Shown here: piece by piece, positions 1-11,598 of the stretch
Numbering within the stretch: position 1 is the stretch's first letter
Layout of the letters: each line of letters opens with the position of its first letter
Assembly: GCA_002189035.1 (NCBI GenBank)
Contig: NEEC01000004.1
Span: 4,526,001-4,590,000, forward strand
DNA from: Utricularia gibba
Taxonomy: Eukaryota; Plantae; Magnoliophyta
Reading direction: 5' to 3'
Length of the DNA stretch: 64,000 nt
Translations under genes and position numbers: made by a program
Notes under the pieces: generated by a model
Seen by the model: only the letters and a program-made list of their open reading frames with translations
What the model was told of the DNA's origin: nothing
Databases searched by the model: none

Positions 1-1000
1 CTCCTTACGGTCCTTCAACCATCTCCCAACAGTTTTATTGCCCCCGCCGTTTGCGGCGACGGAAACAGTGTACTTCATCGGAATACTCGCCTGCCGGTGA
101 TGCTGTAAGAGATTTTGTCCACGTCAAGGATATGAATCATGTGGGCGATACAGATCACGCGGATTATTAAAAGCTCCGGAATACCCCACCGGAAAACTGA
201 TCGAAAAATCGTAAGAATTTAACAAGAACCACAAAAACATAAATGGTGGGTGTCATTCCTAACTTCATAAAAAAAAACAGCGATTCTGAAAGCAAAACTG
301 CAACTATCTTCTCCGGCATTGCCCGAATCCCTGATTTACCATTCGTCGGAAATTCCGGAGCCCATAAAAAAAACAAAGCTTTAAGAATCCCTGACGGTCC
401 ATTTGTCGGAAATGCCGAAAAAAATGCTCAGAAATGCCGGAAGGTAAAAAAGAACAATTTTGAAATGGATTGAAAAAAGATAACCAAACCTTTGGATTAC
501 CGATTTCTGATGGCGAAGCAGGGGGGCTATCAGAGAGAGATCCACAACTCAGACCGCCGTTGAGGGTGCCGCTGCTGTGAGAAATCCGACCGGAAGTTCG
601 TGGTGATGCATCCTGCTGCAGATATTGTACCTGCCCATCATGAAATACAGCTGGAATTTTAGGAACCAGAAAATCATCACAGAGCAATCTTTCGAGTGAC
701 CCACAGCCTCAAAAAAAGAAAATAACTCACAGACTGAGACATGATCCTTTCCAGTACAACCATCGAAGTCTCCGACGTAGCGAAGGAAAACAGGTTAATC
801 GAGGAGCGCGCAGCCTCCGGCGACAACTGTTCATGTATGACGTCGACGCAGCTCCCACGGGGACTACTCTCTTCGGTCAACAGAGCTCGTGGAGCACCAG
901 CTTGTGAGATTTCACGGGCAGAGAGGCTCCAAGAACGGCAGAGAAACTCCATGGGCTCCGGCAGCGGCCGGAAAAGTGGATGCAGATGCGGCTTCTCCAT
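1..1000 (-). CDS. FORKED1/VAN3-binding protein-like (DUF828 + plant PH domain family), 5' part; continues beyond the left edge
   Basis: Exon 1 1000-731 (MEKPHLHPLFRPLPEPMEFLCRSWSLSAREIS...LERIMSQS). Exon 2 615-490 (QDASPRTSGRISHSSGTLNG...SDSPPASPSEIGNPK; NAGNAG acceptor). Exon 3 102-1 (...GGGNKTVGRWLKDRKE). All junctions are GT-AG and phase 0. PMEFLSRSWS, RTSGRLSHSSG and KTVGRWLKDR are family motifs. An in-frame upstream start at 1123 is possible. Confidence 0.9.
325..417. repeat. Imperfect 60-bp-period tandem duplication in FORKED-like intron 2
   Basis: gaatccctga at 325 and 385; ccattcgtcggaaattccg at 339 versus ccatttgtcggaaatgccg at 399. Confidence 0.8.
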
Positions 1001-2775
1001 GAAAGCGGGGTTCCGCGAAGTGAAATGACAGCAGCAGCCGCAGGATGACGGAGAATCCTTATACAGATACCAAGGAGCCGCAACGGAGAGAGAAGGGAGC
1101 GAGTGGGGGGGCCGAACTGCCACTGGAGTTGAGTGCAGTGGGAACTGGGGAAGTAAAATTACTCAGAAAACGAGGTTCCATTTATGACGCAATTAATCAA
1201 TTAATTCGTTCTCCCAATCTTTTTTTCCCTAATTTAAAATAAATTGATAAATACCAAACCCCTTTTTATCTTGTTTTTTAATTCTGAAACTAATACAAAA
1301 AATAAAAAATTAGGTAAATGGAATAATTTAATCCGGTAAAAACGTAAAAGAGGAATTAATGAGGAATGTGACATGTCGGTGACTGAGATGCCCTACGCTG
1401 TCACTTGTATTTTTCAATCCGCCGTCCCCCAGCCGTACGCCGCCGTCACAGACCCCAATCCAATAATAATAATAATAATAAACACCTCAATAATTCATTG
1501 ACAGCAACATGCTGTACGTGCGACATTAGTGGGCTTTCAGTGACCGTTGGCCCAATTCTCGAACCTAAAAGCCTATTCATTTTATTCAAGCCCATTCGAT
1601 AACTACAGGCCCAATTCTGTTCTCCATTGACCCAAATGATGAAAAATACTTTGAAGTTGTGTCTGATATAGCTCTAGTCATGAGTATGAGTTGTCTGATA
1701 TATTTGTGAGAATTGCAAATGAAATCTTTTGTTTCAATTGGATTTAAATTATTGTAAAAATCAGATTTGATGATCTCATGTTTTCGAATATTATAGGAAA
1801 TAATATTTTATTTCACATTTGTAATAAAATATTCAAATAACTTTTGATTAATTCCATCGAATATTTCAAATAAAACCAGACATTATAAGACACACCTTCC
1901 ATATAAAAAAAATTGAATTTCTAATTAAGTTTTATTTTAAAAATTGGATTTTGGGCTCAGAAAATTCATTTTCGGGTCAACCCAGGAGTTGTGTGTGTGT
2001 TTATTTTATTATTTTGTGGCAATAATAATAATAATGGTAAAAAAGACAAGGAGACAGGGGCTTTTAAGATTTGGTAATGAGTGCGAAGCAAGAGCATGTG
2101 GATGCATGAGGGTCGGAGGAGTACCAGCGGGGGAGCAGAAGGAATAGCAAGTGCCAGTTCATGATTCCAGGCCACATGGAATGCAGAATGGGATCCTGGA
2201 ATTCCAGCAGCTGGCACTGGTTTACAGGAGAATGAGGATCAGGGGTTTCGTTTCTGGGTTGCTTCGTGTTCAGGGAGGTGGTCATGGGGGGGTCCAAACT
2301 ATCAAAACAGTAGAACTTTCAGCTGGTTGTTTTCTTAGTAAATCAATCCATGGCTGTGTGATTACCACAAGAAGGGACTACTTTGGGACCTCCTGATGTG
2401 ATCTGAGAAGCCACGGAGGAGAGACCCACAGAGGAAATGGTCACACCTCACACACTAATATTTAACATGGCGAGGTGGGGGCACAGCAGGGAAACCTCCA
2501 AGCAAAGAAAAGTCATCAAAAAAGAAAGGACGAGAGCCAAGCAACCCCATCTCGTCTCTTCCATGATCCTCTGGGTCGTATTAATTTATAACCCATCAGG
2601 CATCTTCTGCACATGCTTCGACTTCCTCATCCACCTCTCCCCATCATCTTTCTGCATAGGAAACTTCACCCCTTTTCCCCACTTGCAGAAGGGTCTCTTG
2701 GAACAGGGAAAAGGAATCACATTCTCAAAGGAGATCAATTGCATTTGGCCCCTGTGCTGTTGTTCCCTGATCATT

Positions 2776-4295
2776 ATGGGGAAGACGGGGAGGTGGATAA
2801 AGCACTTGTTTGCTGGGAAGAAGGATGTCAAGTCCCAAGCTTGTAACGGGAATGATCACCCTCCGGGGAAGGAGAGGCGGCGGTGGAGCTTCCGGGGTTC
2901 TGTGGGGAGTCGACCAGAGAGGGGATCAATGGATCACGCTGCAGCTTCGGGGATTGTGGTGCTGAGAATGATGCCAAGAAGCATGCTCTTGCAGTAGCAG
3001 ACTTGGCTGTCGCTACTGCTGCTGCTGCTGATGCTGCTGTCGCGGCTGCCAAGGCAGCTGCTGCGGTGATTCAGTTGACAACGGCTGCTGCATCTGGTCA
3101 AGGGTACGGAATGGATGTGGCAGAGGCTGCTGCGATTAGGATACAGTCCGTTTTCAGAGCTCATTTGGTACGGGTTATGCTTGAGTTTCTGTAGATCCGA
3201 AGCTTAGGAATCACCCATATAAATTCTTGTTGTTTTCAGGCAAGAAAGGCTCTCAACGCATTGAGAGGATTGGTGAAGCTGCAAGCACTCGTTCGTGGAC
3301 ATCTGGTGAGAAAACAAGCTACTGCAACATTGAGGTGTATGCAAGCATTGATCACGGTTCAAGCTCGGGCTCGAGCACACCGCCTTCAAATGGCTGCAGC
3401 GAATGAGACCAAGGAATTTGATAAGAAAAAGCACCACAATGGAAAATTCACTCTTGTGAATCGCACCAGAAATTTAAACAACGTAAGTAAATTAATTTGC
3501 TTCAAAAAGGCAATTTTGAATCCAAATGTACCGTGTTTTCCGTCCGACTTGCAGGATTGCGAGAAAAGCCTTGAAGAGAAGATAGTGGAGATGGATTTGG
3601 GGTGCTCCAAGCCTACCGCAAGAGCAAGAAACAGCTACTCAAACCATACACAAACTCAGAGAATAGATCAAAGAATTCCAGCACACAGAACTTCTGTGAA
3701 GCAAGAGAACCAACAGGTTTCACCTGCGGCATCGGCTATGGCAGAAATGAGTCCAAGAGCAAGTAGCAACCATTTTGAAGATTACTCATTTGGGACAGTG
3801 CAGAGCAGCCCGCAATGCTATTCAGCGATGTCAAAGCCAGACCTCAGTAAAATGCCGTTTTCATATGCAAGATCCGAGTACGGAGAACCGCTGTATTATG
3901 ACTTCGCGTTCTACCCAAACTACATGTCCAACACGGAGTCTTCAAGGGCGAAAGTTCGATCACACAGTGCCCCTAAGTGCAGGCCTGCAGATGCCTTTGA
4001 TAGACAACCTAGCAGGCGACGCCCTTCTATGGAAGGGAGAAGTCTTCCTAAGGCTGTCAAAATGCAGAGATCATCATCTCAAGTCAGCTCAAATACTCAA
4101 AACTATCAGCTTCCTTGCTCAGTTAAGCTCGAAAAGTCGACAGCTAGTGAGTGTGGATCAACTGCCACATACAGATCTATTGTTGGATTTGAGGCAAGTA
4201 ATCATTTCCAGCAATCAACTTGACACAGCTGAGTGCCATCTAGCTTCCAGCACTAACATTAACTGTACTTTCAGGTGCAAGGAGCTAGGATCTAG
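2776..4295 (+). CDS. IQ67-domain (IQD) calmodulin-binding protein with DUF4005; one frameshift in exon 1
   Basis: [12 protein letters not shown]...KERRRWSF, then KHALAVA...[13 protein letters not shown]|[27 protein letters not shown], and the DUF4005 motif [21 protein letters not shown]. Exons 2776-3167, 3240-3482, 3555-4193 and probably 4275-4295 via a GC-AG intron (otherwise the stop is at 4223). One base is missing between 2894 and 2960. Confidence 0.9.
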
Positions 4296-4779
4296 TCTTA
4301 ACAACAACCCAGATTAAGAATTCCTGGGAAACTTGCAATAACTCATCAATCAAGCAATAATCCGGGGTTCTTACTCCAGATTTGTTCATTTGCCTTGCGG
4401 GTTTCATATTTTTTAATTTTTCACCTATGGCCTTGCACTCAGCAGCCAATATCTTCACAAATGTGAACCTGGGAGCATCATAAAATCTTGATCTTTCAGT
4501 CAATGAAACGCATTTCCAATTCAACAAAGGCCATATTTTTACATATCGCTCAATGCCACGAACAACAAAATTTCTCGAGACAGAAGCAAAGGATATTAAC
4601 GGATCAAGCAGTTATTGGGGAAGTAGAGAGAACAACAAAAAACAAACCCATTAATACCAAACCGAATTTGAAGGTAGAAAGAAATAGCAGTCCCCTGCAC
4701 AATGAATTGACTGCAGCATCTCAAGAAGGAAAAAGAAGAAATGAAATTGGAAATAAAATGTAAAATCCCTTACCTCATG

Positions 4780-4895
4780 TGGGCTTGTAAAAAGATGCAC
4801 ACATTGCCCCATTACTATATATAAAGACAATTTCGGGCTTGAACTCACGCATTTCTCGGCCCATCAATATAAACACAGGAGCATCGCTAGGGTTT
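4780..4895 (+). promoter_or_regulatory. Ribosomal-protein-type promoter: site II motifs, TATA and telo-box
   Basis: TGGGCT at 4780, GGCCCA at 4858, TATAAA near 4868 and TAGGGTTT (telo-box) at 4888-4895, just upstream of RPS3a. Site II plus telo-box is the established signature of plant r-protein genes. Confidence 0.75.
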
Positions 4896-4967
4896 GCTTC
4901 TCATTGAGTGTATACCGAGGTACTTCGCGGTCTGCGGCCTTCTTCGAGGATCCGCTTCTCCGTCACC

Positions 4968-6413
4968 ATGGCTGTCGGGTAAACTGCTGTTTTTATTTCC
5001 ATTTACATTCTTCTGGATAGTGTTCTCGCATGATTTCGTTTTTATGCAAGCTGCGTTTCCTCGATGTTTGAATTTGGCATTTCTGATTATGTGCAGTAAG
5101 AACAAGAGGATTTCGAAGGGGAAGAAGGGAGGCAAGAAGAAAGCGTGAGTGTATACATATATCAAGATGTGCCCGGGCTTTGTTCCTTTTCATCGTAATT
5201 GGTAATGGTTATTTCGTTGCAAATTTTTGGTAGTGTCGATCCATTTTCCAAGAAGGATTGGTATGATATCAAGGCGCCATCTATTTTCAACACAAGGAGC
5301 GTAGGGAAGACTCTCGTGACTCGAACTCAGGGCACAAAGGTGATTTTCTGAGCCTATGTTTTATCATTTCGCTTATCCTGAGTTGCGTATCTGTATCTGA
5401 AAAGTCGCATCGTCTGGTTTTCTTGCTGCCAAATATTGTCTGATATTTATGTCAAGAATAGCAAAACATCATTTTTCTAATGATTTTATACCGGGTGGGG
5501 AATTAATATTTGGTTCATCCAGATTGCTTCAGAAGGATTGAAGCATCGTGTGTTTGAGGTCAGCTTGGCTGATCTTCAGAATGATGAGGATCATGCTTTC
5601 CGAAAGATTCGTCTGAGAGCTGAGGATGTCCAGGGAAAGAATGTTCTCACCAACTTCTGGGTAGGATTAAGTTTGAGGTTTCAGATCAGATGTGTCATTC
5701 TGATCGTGGCATCTTGAATGGATTGAAATCATGATTTGATCCTGCAGGGCATGGACTTCACTACCGACAAATTGAGATCTTTGGTCAAGAAATGGCAATC
5801 CTTAATCGAAGCTCACGTGGACGTGAAGACAACAGACAACTACACCCTGAGGCTGTTCTGCATTGCCTTCACCAAGAAGCGTGCCAACCAGCAGAAGAGG
5901 ACTTGTTACGCTCAGTCCAGCCAAATCCGTCAAGTAATACGCTGTTGCATTCACCATTTCCCTACTTCATCCTTGTTTCCCGTTATAACATCTTATAATG
6001 TCTGCACCTTCCTCATCCCCCTCTTCCTTTACAGATCCGCAGAAAGATGAGGGAAATCATGGTTAACCAGGCACAGTCTTGTGATCTTAAAGAACTCGTC
6101 CAAAAATTCATCCCCGAGTCAATCGGCAAGGAGATCGAGAAGGCAACCTCAAGCATCTATCCCCTGCAGAACGTCTATATCAGAAAGGTGAAGATCCTGA
6201 AAGCTCCCAAGTTCGATCTCGGGAAACTGATGGAAGTAAGCATCACCCCCCTTTTTACTTGTCGCATATATCTCCCATCTTTGCGCAATTCTGATCTCCC
6301 AATATCCTCCGTCGTCGCAGGTCCACGGCGACTACAGCGAAGACGTTGGCATGAAGCTGGATAGGCCTGCCGAAGAGCCGGCAGCCGAGCCCACTGAAGT
6401 CGTCGGCGCGTAA
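4968..6413 (+). CDS. RPS3A: 40S ribosomal protein S3a (eS1)
   Basis: Seven exons (4968-4978, 5097-5144, 5234-5339, 5523-5660, 5748-5933, 6035-6235, 6321-6413) splice in frame: [35 protein letters not shown]...[30 protein letters not shown]...[21 protein letters not shown]. Confidence 0.98.
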
Positions 6414-7361
6414 CTGAGTAACCACCACCCCCGGCCGGCTTGGGATGAAGTCCGTCCGTTCATGGTTGTAATCTTCCTGTTCTCAAGAACTCTATTGCGA
6501 ATCTTAACGTTTACCTGTCATTTAATTACGAGTTTTTTTTTAAAAAAGGATCATTCGTTTATATTTGGTAATAAATTTATTTATATATTGATTTTCAATA
6601 ATATTCCAAATAGTATTATCCTTTTTTCCTATTTTTAAATATTTTTCATTTTATTTTCGTAATTCTTTCGAAAAAGTGTTGTCCTTTCCCGTGGCAAGCG
6701 CTGTCTGAAAAGTGGGAGCCGGTGGAATGATATATGCTGTCCTTTCGGAAATTAAAAAAGAAAAATAAAAAAAAATAGAGTTGTAGAAATTGTTTATTTA
6801 TTTTAATGAATAATAAATAGGATGCGAAAAATAATATTAAAAAGAGTGCAAAAGAGAAGGCAGGTTCTTCTGGTGTATGTAATTGGGGATGGTTTTGTGG
6901 TTTTTACCGAATTTGATTTCTCCAAATTCATTGGATTACCGGGGAGGAGAAGGAAACCAGTAGATTTCCCCAAAGGAGCGGTAGGCGGGTCGGGTCTCGA
7001 CCCGCTCGAGAGCTATTTGAGGAGATGCAGCAGTCGGTGCTGACTGGCACGGACAGGCTTCCTGATTTTCAGAGATAGTCTGTTTTTATTTCTTTTTTAC
7101 TCTCGTTACCAGTCTTGAAGCACTGCAGATTGGTCACGCTAAGCGAGTGTAGCTGGGGATCTTTCTCCGGACGTTGCTGCACGCGCGCGTGAAAATATGT
7201 ATACGGACGTGGGATTTTCGGGGCTGTATTATATGGTCTAGAGGGGGTCCAATCTGAGCATTTTTGGTGTGGGGTTTTTAGTATTTGGATTTTGTTGTTG
7301 TGGGCGTGGGTGTTGCACTTGGTTCAGTTTGTGTGGAGTGGTAAACCCAGAAAGAAGAAAG

Positions 7362-9608
7362 ATGAACTACGAAAATGACGGGTGGGTATCTGAATCTCAG
7401 CTGTTTTGTTGTTTTTGGATCAATGTGTTGGATACTGTTAATGCCTCTGGGGGTGTCGCCTGCTCTTCCGTGCTTGCTCCTTGGAGGGGTTTGGGTTCTG
7501 TGTTGGTGATGAGTTTATGGTGGTTCAGCGCTAGATACTTGACTACAGCCTTATCATTTCAATGCTAAATTTCTAAGCTTTACTGCGTTAAGAAATAGCT
7601 AGTTTCATTACTTAATTTACTAGTTTGTGTTCTTGCTGAATTTGTGATACACACGTTTTGTATCTCCATGAAGCAGTGAGGGTGGAGGATGGGGTTGGCG
7701 GCGCACAAATTCTAATCTTGAAGCTATTGAGAACACTGGTGACTCTCCTCAATGAATCAAATAAAGTCCTATTGCTTTCCACTGTAAAAATCTGTAGCCA
7801 GAGTGCTGACTTTTGTTTTGTGCCGCTCAGCAAAAGTACCCAATGGTGTAATGTATCTATCGAACCAAAGGGAGCGTCTTGTTGACTGTGCGTTCAGTGA
7901 TACCACTACACCACTAAGGGCTTGCGGTGGTCTTTCTCACCATGTAGCTGGCAATGGTGGGAATCAACTTTTCTTGAATGTGTATTCCCTGTTTAACTAT
8001 TTAATAATCGATTGTAACTGATGTCCTTAGAGCAATTCTTTCTCTTTGTTTTCAATGGTGAGGTTTCATTTTAAATGATGTCAAGGGTATGCTATATTGT
8101 ATTATACCATGAACCTGTAAATCTGACTCGCCATATTGGTTCGGTGGATAGGGAAGTTGCAAAGGATTTGTAAAGGTTCTAAAGCATCTCAACTTCCCGG
8201 TCTCAGCCAGTCAGCAAGAGTGTCCTCTAGGATCCTACGAGAACTATTCTCACATTTTTTGCTTGCTTTCTTTTTGAGGGAATTGGCCATATGATGCGTT
8301 GGTTGGTAGAGAGTTTGTGTTTTCTCAATTATCACATGTGTTTCTTGCATTCGAATGATCATGTAAATTTTCTAATGCAATGAGTGAAATGTCTTTTATT
8401 TTCTTGCCACCACGAGCATGTTTATGATGCCAGAATACTACAGGAGTCCATTCGAAGGAGATGGAGCAATACAAGGAGCCTTACTCCCAGCTCAAAAGGC
8501 GCCGGGTGCTCCACTTTGAGCCAGATTTTCTCGATTCATCTCTATGCAACAATGAGTTTTCGATGAGATCTAAGGTCAGTTTCCTGATGAAATCTATTTG
8601 ATCACAACAATTCATACAACTTGAGAAACCTTTGATCAAGTTAGCTCAAAAAGTGCGTTTCATGCTTTGATCTTCAGGAAACAGAGGGTCCTTTTGAGGA
8701 TAAGATGGCTGATATATCTGAGTGGGTGTCGGTATTTGCAGGTTTGAGAATCTTTCTAATTTCTTCCTTCATGAAACCTGAACAACACATTTCTGTAGAC
8801 CTGCTAACATTGTTGTTTGCAGACGACACAAATCTTTTTAGTGATGAGCATATGGATCCTTCATGTGAACGATGGATTGATGACTGCTTTAATGATAACA
8901 AGGCTCACTGTATCACTGACTATATGTATGTTCTCTGATTTATTTTTATCTCTTTCCCTACCATCTCTGACCTTTATGTGCAAATAGGATTGCATCAGGG
9001 CCTTCTGACGTTCAAACTGATCTTATTGGTAAGAATTGAAGACTCCTTTTGGTTGTAGATTTCTGTGCACCTTCATTTTCTATCCAATTTTTACCTCATC
9101 CTGTTCCTGCTCACAGAGCCCTGCAGCAACACAGTCGAAAACGATGCAAATGCTGTAGAAAAACTCCATGTCCACACAACCCAGAATATCACACTCAAAG
9201 GTCAACATCTCCTCCTCCCCCTGCTTAATACCCTTCTTTTCAATGCTCTACCATTGCAGAACTTCTCTTAAGCTTGCGCTTCCCTTTTGTTCCGGTACAG
9301 TTTGATGTTTTACATGCTGCTCTTATGCTCACCGTTCAGGCAAAAAGTCATACATGCGCACACCTCCTAAGCTCGCCTCTTCCATCATCTACCCATTCAC
9401 CTTCATCAAGCCCTGCGGAGCACATGGAGACATGACTCTCAACGACATAAATCAGCGGTTGCATGCTCCAAAGCCAGGCCCGTCTGCGCAAGACGCTTTG
9501 CATTCGTATCCCACATCTGCATTTTCCGGGAAGCCTGTGGTAGGGAAAACGAAGATTCGAACCGAAGGCGGCGACGGCAGCATCACCATTGTCAGAACTA
9601 AGGGGTAA
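7362..9608 (+). CDS. XRI1: XRI1-like protein (X-ray induced transcript 1 family)
   Basis: About 8-9 exons. Motifs: DTTTPLRAC, SQLKRRRVLHF, SCERWIDDCF, and the diagnostic C-terminus YPFTFIKPCGAHGDMTLNDINQR...TSAFSGKPVVGKTKIRTEGGDGSITIVRTKG*. The exon 3 acceptor is uncertain, and this may be a paralogue rather than the orthologue. Confidence 0.85.
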
Positions 9609-11598
9609 GTTTCTGACCTTGATAAATTGATAAATACCAGAAACTGGCCAAGGGAACTAGCTTTTGATGAACGTTTGGAGATGGAGTTGAAGCCAACTTC
9701 AGTGCATTGCTCTTCTGTCATACCTTCGCCATGAGTTTGGTGTCCTGGATTCTGTACGGCGTGCCTCATGATATCGGGCCGTTCTCGGCCCATGGGCCGT
9801 AGTACAAACGGGCCTATAAATCTAATAGTTTTTAAACAATTATACTATGTAACACATTATAATCTGGTTGGGCCAATATCGAACCTCTTATAAGTTATAG
9901 GTCCAATGGGCCTTCTCCCGGCCCATCAATCAAATAAATACATTATTCTCTTACTAATTAAAAATTAAGGCATGTTAAGCTTGCAAAAATAATTCCATAA
10001 GTCATTCTAATAGAATTCAAAATTTTGATAAAATAAGAATTTATATACATTTGGAAGTATTTAAAAAATAATTATTCTAAAATTGATTTATATTTGTAGA
10101 TTTTATAAGTTTATTGACATATTTATTAATAACTTGTATCAAAATATTATATCAAATTAATTAAAATTTATATTATTACAATAATTTAAATACATTTATA
10201 TCAAAATTATAATTGTAACTTATTTAAAGACAGATAATAATTTTAAATGTACTTTAACTATATAGTAATACAAAAGATAATTTATAAATTATTTTTGTAA
10301 TATATAAATTATAAAATTTATATAATATGATTTTTTAAATTTATAGATTCATAAAATATTATTATGTAATTAATTTTATTTAACATTTATAAATTTTATA
10401 AGAATAATTTCCAAATATAAATCTCTTTTCATTCTACTGATAAAGACTAAATTAATTTTTTATATGATATGAGAATTTTTTATTTTATTAAAATAATCAA
10501 AATAGAAATTGAGACAAACAGTTGCAGAATTTGATTTGCTTTGTGGGAATGGCGAAGGCGGAGCAGGCTTGGGGAGCTTTACACTGTGAGGTGTATAAAA
10601 ATCATTTGTATGGGAAACCACAATGATACTATGCTACTGTTGCGCTCCTCTTTATTTGTCCTTTATTTGCTTTAGCTTTGGGTGGGCAGCACCAAATTAG
10701 TCTTTTTCGCTCAATCTTGAGGACTATTAAGCGCTTTTGCTGACCAAGAGGTACCTCTTTAGGCAGCAATTGATTCTTGAGGGCTCGCCTTGGTTGCGTG
10801 ATTGCATTGTATAATGACCTGCCACTTGGATGGATGATGGGTTCATGTTGTGGGCTTGAGTTTTTTTTGTTTTTTTTTTTTGAAGTGCATTGGATATAAA
10901 CTGGTATATGTTGCCACTGTTGTGATGCAATGCCTCTTGGAGTGTCTGAAAGACGTGTCATTGAACTGGGGAATGGGGATGGAATATGGCTGTTTGGAGG
11001 GTTGAGTTGGATAAATGAAAGCGTAACACACACGAACACATAAGGGTATCTGTGAGAAGTGGAAAAGAGGGTCTGGTCTGGTATGACTGCACTTTATTCT
11101 GTTCAAATTCTAAGGCTATGATGCTACCATTTCATTGCTGGTATCGAGGTTGTCTCTCAAGAGAAAAAAACGCAGAGAGAAATCAAAAGCCTTCCTCTTT
11201 CCCATAATTCCAGTGTCCTCCTTGTTCTCAAGTTGTCTCAATTTGATTAGCTTTTGCGTTTCTTAAGTTCTCTACCCTTCTCTGTAGTCTCACTCAGCGA
11301 GTTTGTACTGTTGTTTTTGACCGGAGATCTTTCAGGGGGAAACAGTAAATCTTAGTTTGGGGATTCTTGGTGAAGCCCAGAACAACTACACTGGCTTAAG
11401 AGTGAGTATACTTCAGAAATCAGGATCACCCATTTGCAAATTTTACAGCATTTGCAACATTCGCATGAGTTAAAGCTCGGGAGGAGTTGAAATCACACTC
11501 TAGTGGCTGATCTAGTCGAAGATCAAGTTTCTTTCTTGACAAAGAGGGTGGAGGGGGAATCTTCAGGAGATTGTTGCATGAAGGAGTAGTCTAAAACA

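Noticed and set aside
103-500. Apparent phase mismatch or hidden microexon between FORKED-like exons 2 and 3, and a U12-like branch point (TCCTTGAC)
   Set aside because: Using the donor after EIGNPK (490) gives a clean phase-0 join, and there is no U12 5' site (RTATCCTT) at a donor.
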